Assembly: GCA_963849325.1 (NCBI GenBank)
Contig: CAWKHF010000006.1
Span: 320,001-384,000 of the forward strand
Direction: 5' to 3'
Origin: an uncultured Planctomycetota bacterium
Lineage (GTDB): Bacteria > Planctomycetota > Planctomycetia > Gemmatales > Gemmataceae
Length of the DNA: 64,000 nt
Shown here: positions 1 through 11,069 of the stretch, piece after piece
How positions within the stretch are numbered: position 1 is the stretch's first letter
Layout of the letters: every line of letters starts with the position of its first letter
Made by a program: the position numbers and the translations under genes
The notes under the pieces: generated by a model
The model's database searches: none
Told to the model about the DNA's origin: nothing
The model's input: the letters and a program-made list of their open reading frames with translations, nothing else

Positions 1-216
1 AGCTTGCGCAACCATGATGGAATAACACTCCTTGCCGTCTTCTGTCTCCTTTCGCACATACAGTATTTTGGCATCCGCTTTGCCGATAAATTCATCTTTA
101 ATACGGCCCTCCACAACTGGGGGTAGATCGTTGATGGCGATCTCCTCGCTACTACCCTGCGTCTGCAACGTAATACGCAAGCACCCAATCGCAACCAGCA
201 GGCATTTGTATTTCAT
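1..216 (-). CDS. Secreted PepSY/BLIP-like protein, candidate immunity protein for the second toxin tip (runs off the window edge)
   Basis: Not in the ORF track; manual translation gives MKYKCLLVAIGCLRITLQTQGSSEEIAINDLPPVVEGRIKDEFIGKADAKILYVRKETEDGKECYSIMVAQA. It has a signal-like N-terminus, a 'DLPxxV...KExEDGK..Y' pattern like PepSY-like domains, and GAGGA upstream. Confidence 0.55.
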   Translation of the reverse strand, partial: MKYKCLLVAIGCLRITLQTQGSSEEIAINDLPPVVEGRIKDEFIGKADAKILYVRKETEDGKECYSIMVAQA

Positions 217-366
217 ATGGGAGTGATCCTCGCCGACATTCACGCCGGACTTTGCATCTATGACACAGAGGTTTCAATGAACTGCACGGTAAAGTTTGCT
301 ATCATAGGTCATCCCGTGAGGGCCGAGCTGGTCCCCGAGAGGGGAGCCAGACGCGCTCAGTCAACC

Positions 367-2880
367 TCATATAGGGTGAAAGAGATGGGGACGGCGGCCA
401 GGCCCAATTGGAGGGTTGAGTTTCAAATCTTCCAGCGTCTCATTCCGTCCGGTCATGAGTAGATTAAGTCTTTCCGTCCACTTCTCATTTACCTCCTCAT
501 CCACGAAAAAGTGGTCCGAACCACCGACATGACCATCGTCGAGGTAGAAAACGAACGAATTATTGGTTTTGCTTTTAGGGTCATCAGAGACAGTAATTTT
601 TAGGGCCTCATGGCCACCGGATTTCAATCCGATATCCCAAGTCTTCCACCCATAATGGGAAACCTTTATGCCATCCTGCAAGGCCGCCGGAAGCATGTCT
701 TTGATTTTCGGATAAATCTCATCCACCCACTGGTTGCAATGCACAAATAGCCCACAGGCACGGTACCATTTAAACTGCGAGGTCATCAATTAGGCGATGC
801 AGATGCTCTTTAATTCTGGCCTTTTTCTCAGCAGGCCAGGAAAGTTGGTCAACCTTCGCATCGACAGCGGCCTTAGCGTCTTTTGCAGTTGGGGGCGCAT
901 CGCTGAAAGGCGCCCCGAACGGCGAATAGTCGAGGTTGCCCGGCGTGCCCTTGGCCGCATTGGAGACATTGGCAAAATCCTGCATCAAGCTGTAGCGGTC
1001 CTGTCCGATCTCGCTCTGGCTGAGGCTGCCGCTCTTCCGGTCACCCTTCTCCTGCAAGCTGTAACTACTACTGCCCGTGCCGGTGGGCAGCGTGGCGCCA
1101 GGGCCGCTGTCCTGCAAGTTGTAGCTGCCGCTGCCCGTCACACTGCGCTGGAACGTCTGATCCGGCGCATTGCCCGTCTCGCTCACCGTCGTGCTGTCGT
1201 TGCCTTGCAACGTCTCACTGTAACCGCCGCCCCCATTCTGACCCGACTCCGCCAGCGTGTAGCCGTCGCTGCCCGCCAAGCCACGACTGTAGCTGCCGGT
1301 GATGCTGTTGCCGCTCTCCTGGCCATTGCTGCTAACGCCACCCGTCTCCGTCAAACTATAATTGTTGCTGCCCACCGCCGTCTGCGTCAAGCTGTAACCG
1401 TCGCCATTGCTCAACTGCGACGTGTAGGCCCCCGTGAAGTCGTTGCCCGTCCGCTGCTCCGTACTCGACGGCGAATCGCTCGCGCTGGTCGTCACCACAC
1501 CGTTGGCATCCGAGTAACTATCCGCCAGCGTCGTCGTGCCGTTGCTGTCCGTCGTCGTGTCATCCTCACCCGTCACGCTGTTGCCCGACTCCTGGATGGA
1601 GGCACTGGACTGGCTCGTCTCCGTGTACGAGGCCAGGCTGGTACTCGTACTAGTCGTGTCCTGGATGGTCACGCTGCTGCTGTCGCTGACCGAACCGTTG
1701 AAATCGCCCGTGTCCGCATCGTCATCCTGCTGCTGCGACTGCGTATCCGTGCTCAACTCCGTCAGACGTGGATGAGCCGGCACTGTTGCTGGCCGTCTGG
1801 GTGAGGTTGTCGCTGCTGGTCGTGTTGTTGGTGATGCTGTCCACGCTCTGGTAGAAGTTGCTCTGGTCCTGGCCGCTGCCGCTGGTCGTCTGCGTGTCCT
1901 GCAACGTGTAGTCGGTGCCCGTGGCTAGATATTGACCGCTCTCCGTCGTGGTCAGCGTGTCGCTGCTGGTCGTGGTCGAGTTGCCGTTGCCCGTATCGTC
2001 GTCGCCGCTGTCCTGCGTCGTCGCCGTGCTCGAATCGCTGACCGTCTGATGGTAACTGTCGTTGCCATCGCCGCCCGCCTTGGCCGTCGTGCTCACCGTC
2101 GTCACCGTCACCGAACCGCTGTCGCTGCCGGTGAAATCATTGTCCGCGTCACTGTCGGAGTTGCTGACCGTGGTTGTCGTCGTCGCCGAGAACGAACCAC
2201 GCGAATCCGTGCCGCTCTCCGTCGTCGTCGAAGTGCCGCCGCCGCCGCCGCTGACGCTGTCGGCACCCGTGAACCCATTGGCCACGATGGTGGCGGTGTC
2301 GCTGCCGCTGTCCTGCGTCGTACCGGCGTCGCTCAAGCCATCATCGCTGCTGTCATCGCTCTCCGTATCGCTGTAATTATCGCTGACGGTCGTCGTCTGG
2401 TCGCCGGTAAACAAGTTCTCCGTCACCGTCGTCGTGCTGCTGTCGCTGCTGCTGTCGCTGCTGTCCTCGTCGTCGCCATCGTCCGAGGAATCCTCCGTGC
2501 TCGTGTCCGTGTTGCTATCCAGGATCGTCGTTGTCAGATTGCCCAGGATGGTATTGCCCATCACCGTCGCCGTGCTGCTGTCCGTGCTCGTGTCGGTGCT
2601 GCTGTCGCTCAACGACTGGTCCGTCGTCGTGTCCTGGAGCACGGCACGCAGTTGATCCTGCACCGTCGCCGTCAGCGTGCCGGTAAACAGGTTCTCCACC
2701 CAGCTCGTCGTCGCCGTGTCGCTGCCCTGTGACGTGCTACCGTCGCTGCTCGTCTGATTGGTGCTATACGCTCCACTGTTGCGATCAAACGTCGTCGAAC
2801 TGGTCAACGTGTACGAATCGCTACTGCTGTCGCCCTTACCACCGCTCTCCTCGTTGTCGTTGGCCTACGCGCTGCTGCCG
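367..2880 (-). pseudogene. Orphan toxin cassette: start-less copy of the Ser/Thr-rich carrier C-terminus fused to a distinct C-terminal domain with a possible Cys-His-Asp triad
   Basis: ORFs 1722..2807, 770..1783 and 367..789 join across frameshifts. About 900-2860 is near-identical to parts of 4150-7260. The sequence diverges after GNLDYSPFGAPFSD; the tip contains HCNQW...GGHEALKI...FYLDDG. Confidence 0.7.
900..2860. repeat. Long direct repeat of the carrier C-terminal region (partner copy 4150-7260; this copy lacks ~0.9 kb corresponding to ~6245-7130)
   Basis: For example, 'TTSSDTLTTTESG.YLATGTDYTLQDTQTTSGSGQDQSNFYQSVDSIT' is encoded with nearly identical DNA at ~1830-1975 and ~5340-5485. 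Confidence 0.9.
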
Positions 2881-3010
2881 CCCGTCAGTATCAGGCTGTC
2901 CCGTAGTTGTTGTCCGAGGCATTGATCGTCCGTATCCATGCATAAATAGGTGTTCGAACGGCGTCATCTTCACGGCAAGCATCGCTGGCGCGTCACTATA
3001 AGTTCTGAGA

Positions 3011-3502
3011 TTACGGCCATCGGGGAAAACTACAGCCTTCGCCAAGGAACACGATGCGTAACAGTACCGGGTGACAGTCAGCGGTCACTTCCTGCTGCTC
3101 TAAGGTGTCTCCTACAGCGAATAACATCTCAAGTCCATCAAGAAAAAGCTGTAATTGGTCCGAAATCATCACATCGGCATAGCTCCACAAGAGTGCGACA
3201 CGTTTTTCCGGCCGCTCCATTAGTACTTGCCAAATGACATCGGAAGCAGCATCCCACGAGGACAACCCGCCAGTTGCGTGGTCCGAAATCTCAAAGCAGC
3301 CAACAAGCGCCGCAAGTAAAGATCTCTTATCTTTTACACCAGCTGAATTGAGAGCATAGAGTCTGAATCCCTGGGCTTCAAGTTCCAATCGGACGGCATG
3401 AAGCGAACCGGAAGAGACGCAGACAGCACGGAACGAGCCAAGACAATCTGCCGACAGATGCTCTGACCAGGAATTCTCCATGATATTACCCAAAAAAGGC
3501 AC
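3011..3502 (-). CDS. Barstar-family RNase inhibitor (immunity protein)
   Basis: Barstar-like pattern 'LNSAGVKDKRSLLAALVGCFEI...SSWDAASDVIW...VALLW'; low GC; immediately downstream of an RNase domain. Confidence 0.75.
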   Translation of the reverse strand: MPFLGNIMENSWSEHLSADCLGSFRAVCVSSGSLHAVRLELEAQGFRLYALNSAGVKDKRSLLAALVGCFEISDHATGGLSSWDAASDVIWQVLMERPEKRVALLWSYADVMISDQLQLFLDGLEMLFAVGDTLEQQEVTADCHPVLLRIVFLGEGCSFPRWP

Positions 3503-3525
3503 TATAGGTAGTTTTACGGTCGGTG

Positions 3526-3860
3526 TTATTTGGTCGTACCGACATGCACAAACGGCGGATTCCCCGATTGTCCGTAGTGCGTTGTCGTAGTGTAGACGTT
3601 CCCATCTGATCCGATGACGAGGCGATTAGCGCCCCACTTCGTCGTGTCCCCTGGATTCTTCGGCAAGTAGTACTCCTTGTACGTTATCGGTTTCCCGGCA
3701 GCGTCTACCTTGGGCAGATTCCCTTCCAAATTCTTATGCTGAGAGACCCCATTTTCCACTCCAACCAGGCGGCTTCGTGCCATTGTTTATGTGGTTGACC
3801 GCCGTTTTTGCATCCCCAAGTACTTTTGCCGGGACAGGCGATGTTGACGGGTTCGGGATC
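3526..3860 (-). other. Barnase/RNase Sa/T1-superfamily toxin domain
   Basis: HKNLEGNLP...YKEYY...GANRLVIGSDGNVYTTTTHY keeps the Glu, Arg and His catalytic pattern of microbial guanyl-specific RNases. Confidence 0.8.
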
Positions 3861-6800
3861 GGCGCACCTGTCTTTGGTGACACTGGCCCCTTTGGTGCCC
3901 GCCCTCGCTTCGCCATGTCGGCGGCTTTCTTCGCGGCCACCGTTCCAGCAGCGACGGTTCCCTCCGCCAGTAGCGCCGCGCCGCGCCAGCGGCGGCACCG
4001 GGTAGTCCGGCCACCGCATCCTCGGAAGGCGATCGGGGAGGTGCCATATGCTCGTTGGGCCGCGTGGGTGCCTGCCGGGAGACGCTCCAGGGCCAAGCAG
4101 ATACCATCCGGCGGCGGCACCGATAAGGACGAACGGCCAAATGTCACTGTACGGTTCCCCAAATGGCGAGTAATCGAGGTTGCCTGGACCAGCGCCAGGT
4201 GCCGCGTTGGAGACATTGATGAAACCCTGCAGCAGGCTGTAACGATCCTGGCCGGTCTCGGTCTGGCTGAGGCTGCCGCTCTTCCAATCGCCACTCTCCT
4301 GCAAGCTGTAGCTGTTGCTGCCCGGACCACTCGCCAGCGTAGCACCAAGGCCACTATCTTGTAGACTGTAGCTGCCGCTGCCCGTCACACTGCGCTGAAA
4401 AGTCTGGTCGGGCGTGTTCCCCGTCTCGCTCAGCGTGTTCGTCTCGTTGCCTTGCAACGTCTGGCTGTAGCCACCGCCCGGCGCCTGACCCGTCTCCACC
4501 ATTGTATAACCAGCGGTCCTGTCCGATCTCGCTCTGGCTCAGGCTGCCGCTCTTCCAGTCACCCTTCTCCTGCAAGCTGTAACTACTACTGCCCGTGCCG
4601 GTGGGCAGCGTGGCCCGGGGCCGCTGTCCTGCAAGTTGTAGCTGCCGCTGCCCGTCACACTGCGCTGGAAAGTCTGATCCGGCGAATTGCCCGTCTCGCT
4701 CAGCGTCGTGCTGTCGTTGCCTTGCAACGTCTCACTGTAACCGCCGCCCGACGACCCGACTCCGCCAGCGTGTAGCCGTCGCTGCCCGACAGGCCAAGAC
4801 TGTAGCGCCCGTGACACCGTTGCCGCTCTCCTGGCCGGTGCTACTGGCGCCACCTGACTCTCAAAGGCTATAGCTGTTGCTGCCCGTTGTCGTCTGCGTC
4901 AGGCTGTAGTTGTCGCCGCTGTTCAGCTGCGTCGTGTAACTGCCGGTGAAGTCATTGCCCGTCCGCTGCTCCGTACTCGACGGCGAATCGCTCGCGCTGG
5001 TCGTCACCACACCGTTGGCATCCGAATAGCTGTCCGCCAGCGTCGTCGTGCCGTTGCTGTTCGTCGTCGTGTCATCCTCACCCGTCACACTGTTGCCCGA
5101 CTCCTGGGTGGAGGCACTGGACTGGCTGGTTTCGGTGTAGGAGGCCAGGCTGGACGCCGTGCGGGTCGTGTCCTGGATGGTCACGCTGCTGCTGTCGCTG
5201 ACCGAACCGTTGAAATCGCCCGTGTCCTCATCGTCATCCTGCTGCTGCGACTGCGTATCCGTGCTCGACTCCGTCAGCGTGGACGAGCCGGCACTGTTGC
5301 TGGCCGTCTGGGTGAGGTTGTCGCTGCTGGTCGTGTTGGTGGTGATGCTGTCCACGCTCTGGTAGAAGTTGCTCTGGTCCTGGCCGCTGCCACTGGTCGT
5401 CTGCGTGTCCTGCAACGTGTAGTCGGTGCCCGTGGCTAGGTATTCACCGCTCTCCGTCGTGGTCAGCGTGTCGCTGCTGGTCGTGGTCGAGTTGCCGTTG
5501 CCCGTATCGTCGTCGCCACTGTCCTGCGTCGTCACCGCGTTGGAATCCAGGACCGTCTGTGTATAGCTGTCGTTGCCGTCGCCGCCCTGCTTGGTTGTAC
5601 TGCTCACCGTCGTCACCGTCACCGCGCCGCTGTCACTGCCGCTGTAGTCGTTGCCCGCAGCGCTGTCGCTGCTGCTGACCGTGGTCGTCGTCGTCGCCGT
5701 GAACGAACCCCGCGAATCGGTGCCGCTGTCGATGCTGGTGGACGTGCCCGAACCGCTGCCGCTGACGCTGTCGGCACCCGTGAACACATTGGCGATCAGC
5801 GTGGCACTGCTGCTGCCGCTATCTGTCGTCGTACCGTCGTCGCTCAGACCGTCATCGCTGCTGTCGTCCGTCTCCGTGTCGCTGGACGTATCGCTGCTGG
5901 TCGCCGTCTCGACGCCGGTGAATTGGTTCACGCTCAGCGTCGTCGTGCCATTGTCCGTGCTCGTGTCCGTGCTGTCGTCGTCGTCGCCGTCGTCGGACGA
6001 GTCGTCACTGCTGTTGTCCGTGCTGCTGTCCGTGGTCGTCGCCGTCAGACTGCCCATCACCGCGTTGCCCGTCACCGTCGTCGTCGCCTTGTCCGTGCTC
6101 GTGTCCGTGAGGAGGTCGCTGAGCGACTGGTCCGTCGTCGTGCTCTGGAGCAAGGCGCTGACTTGATCTTGCTCCGTCGCCGTCAGCACGCCGGTGAACA
6201 GGTTCTGGTTCCAGGTGGTCGTCGCCGCGTCGCTGCCCTGCGACGTACTGTCGTCCGTCAACGTCTGCGCCGTCTCGTCGTCCGTGCCGTTGTCCGTCAG
6301 CGTATCATTGGTCATGCCCAAGACCGCGCCCGTGAACAGGTTCACGTTCTCCGTCGTCATCGCATTGTCCGTGCTCTGGTCGGTGCGGGTGTCGGTCGGG
6401 GCCTCGGGCAACTCGACAACCGTGTCATCCGTGCTGTTGTCGCTGTCGCTGTCCGTGATCGCCTCCGTCACGTTGCCCGAGTACAGGTTGCCGTTGGTCG
6501 TCGTGCTGGCGTTGTCCGTGCTCGTGTCCGTGCCGCTGTCCGCAAGCGCCTGGTCCGTCGTCGTGCCGCTGCCCGACGACGACGACTGCTCTGACGCATT
6601 CTCCGACAACACACCCGACAGCAGGTTCAGGGTCCAGTTGGCCGTGTTGCTGTCCGTGCCCTGCGATGTGCTCGACGACTGCAAACCCTGGTCCGTCGTA
6701 TCGTCGTCCTCCGTGTCGCTGTCGCCGTCGCTTTCCAAACCCGACTCCGTACCGCCCGCCAAGTCCTCCGTCAGCGTCACCGTGGCGCTGGCGTTGCCCA

Positions 6801-9800
6801 CGTCCGTGTCGCTGTCCGCTTCGCTCTGATCGCTGTCGCTGTCCTGCTCCGAAAACGAGCTGCTGTTCGTCGTCGTCACCGTCTGGGTGCCGCTGAGCAC
6901 GTTGGCGACGATTTGCGCTGTCGTGTTGCCGCCGGTCCACTCCGTGAGGCTGTCGCTGGCCGTCTGGTTGCTCGTGCTCTCTTGCAGTGACGTGCCGCCG
7001 CTGCCCGACGACGACGACGACACCTTGCCCGTCCACACGTTGCCGTTGATCGTCGCCGTCGCGTCCTCACCGCCCGAGACCGTACTGCTATCCTGATACG
7101 TCTGGTCGTCCTCGGTGTCCGTCTCGCTGTCGCCGTCGCTGCCCGTCTGATCGGTGGTGTACGCCCCACTGTTGCGATCGAACGTCGTCGAGTTGGTCAA
7201 CACCGACGAATCGCTGCCGGTCGTGCTGTCGCCGGCCGTCTCCTCGTTGCCGTTGGCCTGCACGCTGGACGTGCCCGACTCCGACAGGGACTCCGTGTAG
7301 TCGCCCGCCTCCGACTCCTCGACCGAGCGTGTCCAACTGTCGCTGCCGGTCGTCGTCGTGCTCGAACCGCCGCCGGCGTTGGTCGCGGTCTTGGTGGCGT
7401 TGTCGCTGTCGCTGCCCGTCTCGCTGCCCATGAACTCGCCGCCGATGGTGCCGCCGCCGCCCAGGAAGGTGTTGACCGTCCGCGTGTCCGTTTGCACGTA
7501 TTGGCCGCCGCTGTCCTGGCCGGTCGTCGTCGTCACCGTCGTCACGTTGTTGGTCAGGCTGCCGCCGTAGCCGTCGCTGATGAAGTTGCCGCTCATCTGC
7601 GTCGTCAGTCCGCCGGTTTGCGTCTGACTGTCGCTGAAGCTGCCGCCCGAACCCGTGCCGTTGTCTTGCACGCTCAGGTTGACGCCGTCGGTCTCGATCC
7701 AGGAGAAGTCGCCCGTGTCGCCCTCGCCGGTGCCCTGCACACTGACGTTGTTGTTGCCGGTCTCGCTGCCGCTGACGTAGCTGGACAGGTCGTCGCTCTC
7801 CACCGAGCCACTGACGGCGTCGCTGCCGTTGGCGCTGCTGGCGAAGCTGCCCTCGGTAAACACGCTGGGCGTATCGCTGCCGGAAGCCGAGACGCCGAAG
7901 GTCAAGGTCACGTTGTCCAGGGTGGTCAGCGAGCCGGTCGGCGTGTACAGCGTCTTTTGCAACTGGTAATTCAACTCGCCGTTGGTGGTGGCGGTGTAGG
8001 TGCCGGTGTTGGCGTCCAGTCCGCCGGTCTCGAAGTCGCTGGAGGAGAGGTTGCTGGCCTGGTAGGTGAGGCCGCCGAGGCTGGCGGATTGGATTTGCGT
8101 GTCGTCGGTCAGGTCGAGGACGCGGCCGAAGCTGACGCCGGCGCCGACGGCCTGGAAGAGGGTGTCGGTGACCTGGATGGCGAGGACGTACGGTCCTTGC
8201 AGCAGGTAGGTGTGGCTGCCGATAATGTCGAGTCCGCCGTTGGCATTGGCCTGGACTTGTCCGCCGGAGGTGGTGCCGTCGCCCCAGAAGATGACGGCGT
8301 TGTAGGCGCTGGCGTCGTGGAAGGGGTTGGTGATGGTGGCGACGGTGCCGGAGAATTGTTGTCCTTCGATGGCGGCGAAGGCGGTGCCGCCGACATCGGG
8401 TTCTTCGTAGATGGTCGTGGTGGCGACGGAGGGAGAACCGAGGGTGGCGTTGCTGGCGCCACTGAGGACCACGGCGAAGGCGTCGCTGGGTTCGTCCTCG
8501 TCGCTGCCGCTGCCGTCGTCGAGGATGGGCACGGTGAAGCCTTCGCTGGTCTGGCCGGGAGCGAAGGTCAAGGTGCCGTTGGTGGGGGTATAGTCTTCGC
8601 CGCCGATGGCCGATATGTCGCTGGTGGCATAGTCCACGGTCACGGTTTGGCTGGCGGAGCCGCTCAAGGTGACGGTGACACTGGCCGGCCCCTCGGTCTC
8701 GGACACGGTGTAGGTGGGCGAACCGAACTGCACCGTCGGCGTGGGTGTAGGCGTGGGCGTGGGCGTGCTGTCTTGCGGGAGGGCCACGGGGGCCAGCGCG
8801 GTCGTGCCCGTGCGGGTGCCCGTGGGGTGGCTCACGACCGGGTGGAACGACGCGCTGCCAGCATCCTCGTCGCCGTCGCTCTCGTCCAGAAGGGTGACGG
8901 TCAGGCCGTGGCTGCTAAGGTCCGGCGTCAAGGTCGGGCGGCTGTTGATGATGGTCGCGCTGGTGCCCGCCGTGGCCGTCGGCGTGGCCGTCGGCGTGGG
9001 CGTCGCCGTGGGCGTTGGCGTCGGTGTGGGCGTGAGTATCGAAGGAGCTGTGTTGCTGGAGAGAACCGTGCTCGTACGGGTGTTCGTCGCTGTCGGCGTG
9101 GCCGTCGGCGTCGCCGGAGACGTGGGGGTCGGCGTGGGCATCGGCGCCGGCGGGAGCGTCGAAGGAGTTGTGTTGCTGGGGAGGGCCGTGCTCGTACGGG
9201 CGTTCGTCGCCGTCGGCGTGGCCGGGTATGTGGACGCGGCCCCTGCCGTCAGGCCGGTGGGCGCCGACAGGCTGCTCCGACTCGGCAACGACAGTGTGTT
9301 GGACGACGGCAGCGTCGGCATGTCCCCGGCGAACGGACTGCCAGGCAGCGCGAGGCCCGTCCCGGTCAGTTCGCCCAGGCTCGGCAGCGTGGGCGTACCG
9401 GGGAGGCCGCCGGAGAGGTTCGGTAGGCTCGGCTTACTCAGACTGCCGTGAGGCGGCGTCGCCGGAGTCGTGCTGCCTGGGTGCGGCGTGGATGGCAGGG
9501 CCGAGGTGGAACCCGACGGGGTTCCGATGCTGGCGTTGCCGACCGAGGGCGGAACGCCCGAAGCCGTGGACGCCCCGGACCCGCTGCCACTGCCACCGGC
9601 CGACGCCGAACACGGTCGCAGAGTTGCCCGCGGCCGCGTTGCTGGGAATGCCTGCGCCCGCAGACGGTGGCGCTGCCGCCGACGCCGAGGCCAGTTGCGG
9701 CAGCGACGGCAGGTTGCTGTGGCCGCCACCGCCGCCGCCGTTGCCGTTACCCCCGCCAATGCCCGCCGTACTGCTGCCGCCGGGAGCACCGCCGCCCCCG

Positions 9801-10372
9801 CCGCCCACGTTGTTCTTGTTGTCCACCGGCGGCGGCGGAGAAGTCGGTCGCCGCGTCGGCGGCGGCGACAGGTCGAGATCGTCCGACGATGCCGACGGCT
9901 GCGAGGGAGGCGTGTCGTCGCGGACGCTGGCCGCGGACGTGATCGGCAGGGGCATCCCTTGCCCCGGATGTCCAGACGACGAGGCGTGTTCGCCCAACAG
10001 CCAGCTCCAGTCCGCCGACGAACCCGTCGCCAGCACCACTTCCTGCTGCGCACCATCTGGCGGCGTGGCGGCGGCCACGGTGGTCTGCGGTTGGGGTTGG
10101 GTCGGCGCGGCGAGGGCGTCGGCCGGGGCAGAGTCGGCGGCCGCGTGCCAGGCGGGCACGAGCAAGGCCGTCAGGGTCTCGCCGGGCAGAGCACGCTCCT
10201 CCAGGGCCAGCAATTCCAGCCGCACCGGAGGACGAGGGATGCGGACGAGCGGGCCCCGCCAGCGGCCATACAGGCGACGAGGCCAGCGCAAGGCTCGGAG
10301 CAAACCGACCGTGGTCCGACGCACGTGCCAGCGAGCCCACCGCGTCCACCCGTAGCGCAGCCAGCGTCTCAT
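3526..10372 (-). CDS. Giant secreted Ser/Thr/Asp-rich protein (export motif, PT repeats, Calx-beta, Ig/PKD-like domain) with a C-terminal microbial-RNase toxin; several frameshifts
   Basis: N-terminus in ORF 9434..10372 (PPVRLELLALEERALP); body in 4861..10056; continues through 4539..4853, 4354..4575, 3705..4502, 3734..4354 and 3526..3783. Calx-beta at ~8400-8735 (VQFGSPTYTVSE...VTVDYATSD...GEDY...GTLTFAPGQT). An 'IFWGDGT...SHTY' Ig-like module follows. Confidence 0.75.
8735..9225 (-). repeat. Pro-Thr (PT/ATPT) coding tandem repeats
   Basis: Runs of PTPTPT and ATPTATPT, plus a duplicated 'ATN.RTST.L.SNT.PS' unit. Confidence 0.85.
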
Positions 10373-10529
10373 GGGGCGTCCTCCCCGTGCGGTCGTCGCC
10401 GCGGCCTACCTCACCGGGTCGCCGCGGAGCGGAGTCGATACCTTCCAGCAATGGATGCGAAGGACTATCATCCGGGCCTGGAGACCGGCGTGTCAAGGGG
10501 TAGCTGGGGGGTAGCTTGCTTTGGACTCA

Positions 10530-11069
10530 TCAGCCCTCGTCATAGTCCCAGATGACTCCCTGTCCGGTGCCGTCGCCCCGGAAGCGGAGGGTGCCGGCCG
10601 GCAGACTGCGATTGAGGTTCTTGATGGTCTCGCGCAGACGCCGCCGGGCCTCTTCCTCTCCCTCGCCGGCCGCCCGCGGCAGCGGATCGTCGCTGTGCTG
10701 CGGCCGCCAGCCCTGCTCCTGGAAGACATCGAGCAACCGGGTCTGATAGGGAGCCGGCTGGCGAAAGTCCTTGACCAGGACGTGCCCCAGCCAGAGCCGG
10801 CGGCTCTGGGGCTCCCAGCGTGGCAACGGGCGACGCGGACGCCGGACCTTGCGGTCCTGCCGCGCTCGCGTCCGTAGCCGCCGCAGATAGGCGACCCCGG
10901 CCGCCGTCAAGAGCGGTTGGCCGCGCGCTTGGGAGCGGGCGTGGGCCCGGAGCAGTTCCGCGTAAGCCCGCTCTGTCGAGGCGGGAAACAGCGGAAGTGT
11001 AGTCGGACGACGATCGGGGAGAGGAGGGGACACAACGGCCTCCGGGTTTTGGGATGCAAGAAGAGACAA
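10530..11069 (-). CDS. Putative DNA-binding protein with a C-terminal winged-helix-like region
   Basis: 'PRWEPQSRRLWLG..LVKDFRQPA...LLDVFQEQGW....DDPL...RLRETIKNLN...RFRGDGTGQGVIW' resembles an OmpR-type effector layout. The start codon is uncertain. Confidence 0.5.
   Translation of the reverse strand: MSLLASQNPEAVVSPPLPDRRPTTLPLFPASTERAYAELLRAHARSQARGQPLLTAAGVAYLRRLRTRARQDRKVRRPRRPLPRWEPQSRRLWLGHVLVKDFRQPAPYQTRLLDVFQEQGWRPQHSDDPLPRAAGEGEEEARRRLRETIKNLNRSLPAGTLRFRGDGTGQGVIWDYDEG

Noticed and set aside
900-7260. Carrier repeats as a diversity-generating retroelement template/variable pair
   Set aside because: There is no reverse transcriptase in the window, the repeats are kilobase-scale, and the differences are not obviously adenine-specific.
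3526-10372. Carrier as an Rhs protein because of the YSPFG motif
   Set aside because: No YD repeats or Rhs core (RxYDPxxGRF...DPxG) are visible.
797-10555. Long plus-strand ORFs (e.g. 797..1804, 7492..9426, 9168..10355)
   Set aside because: Antisense shadows of GC-rich repetitive coding sequence; Arg/Ala/Val-rich with no recognisable motifs.
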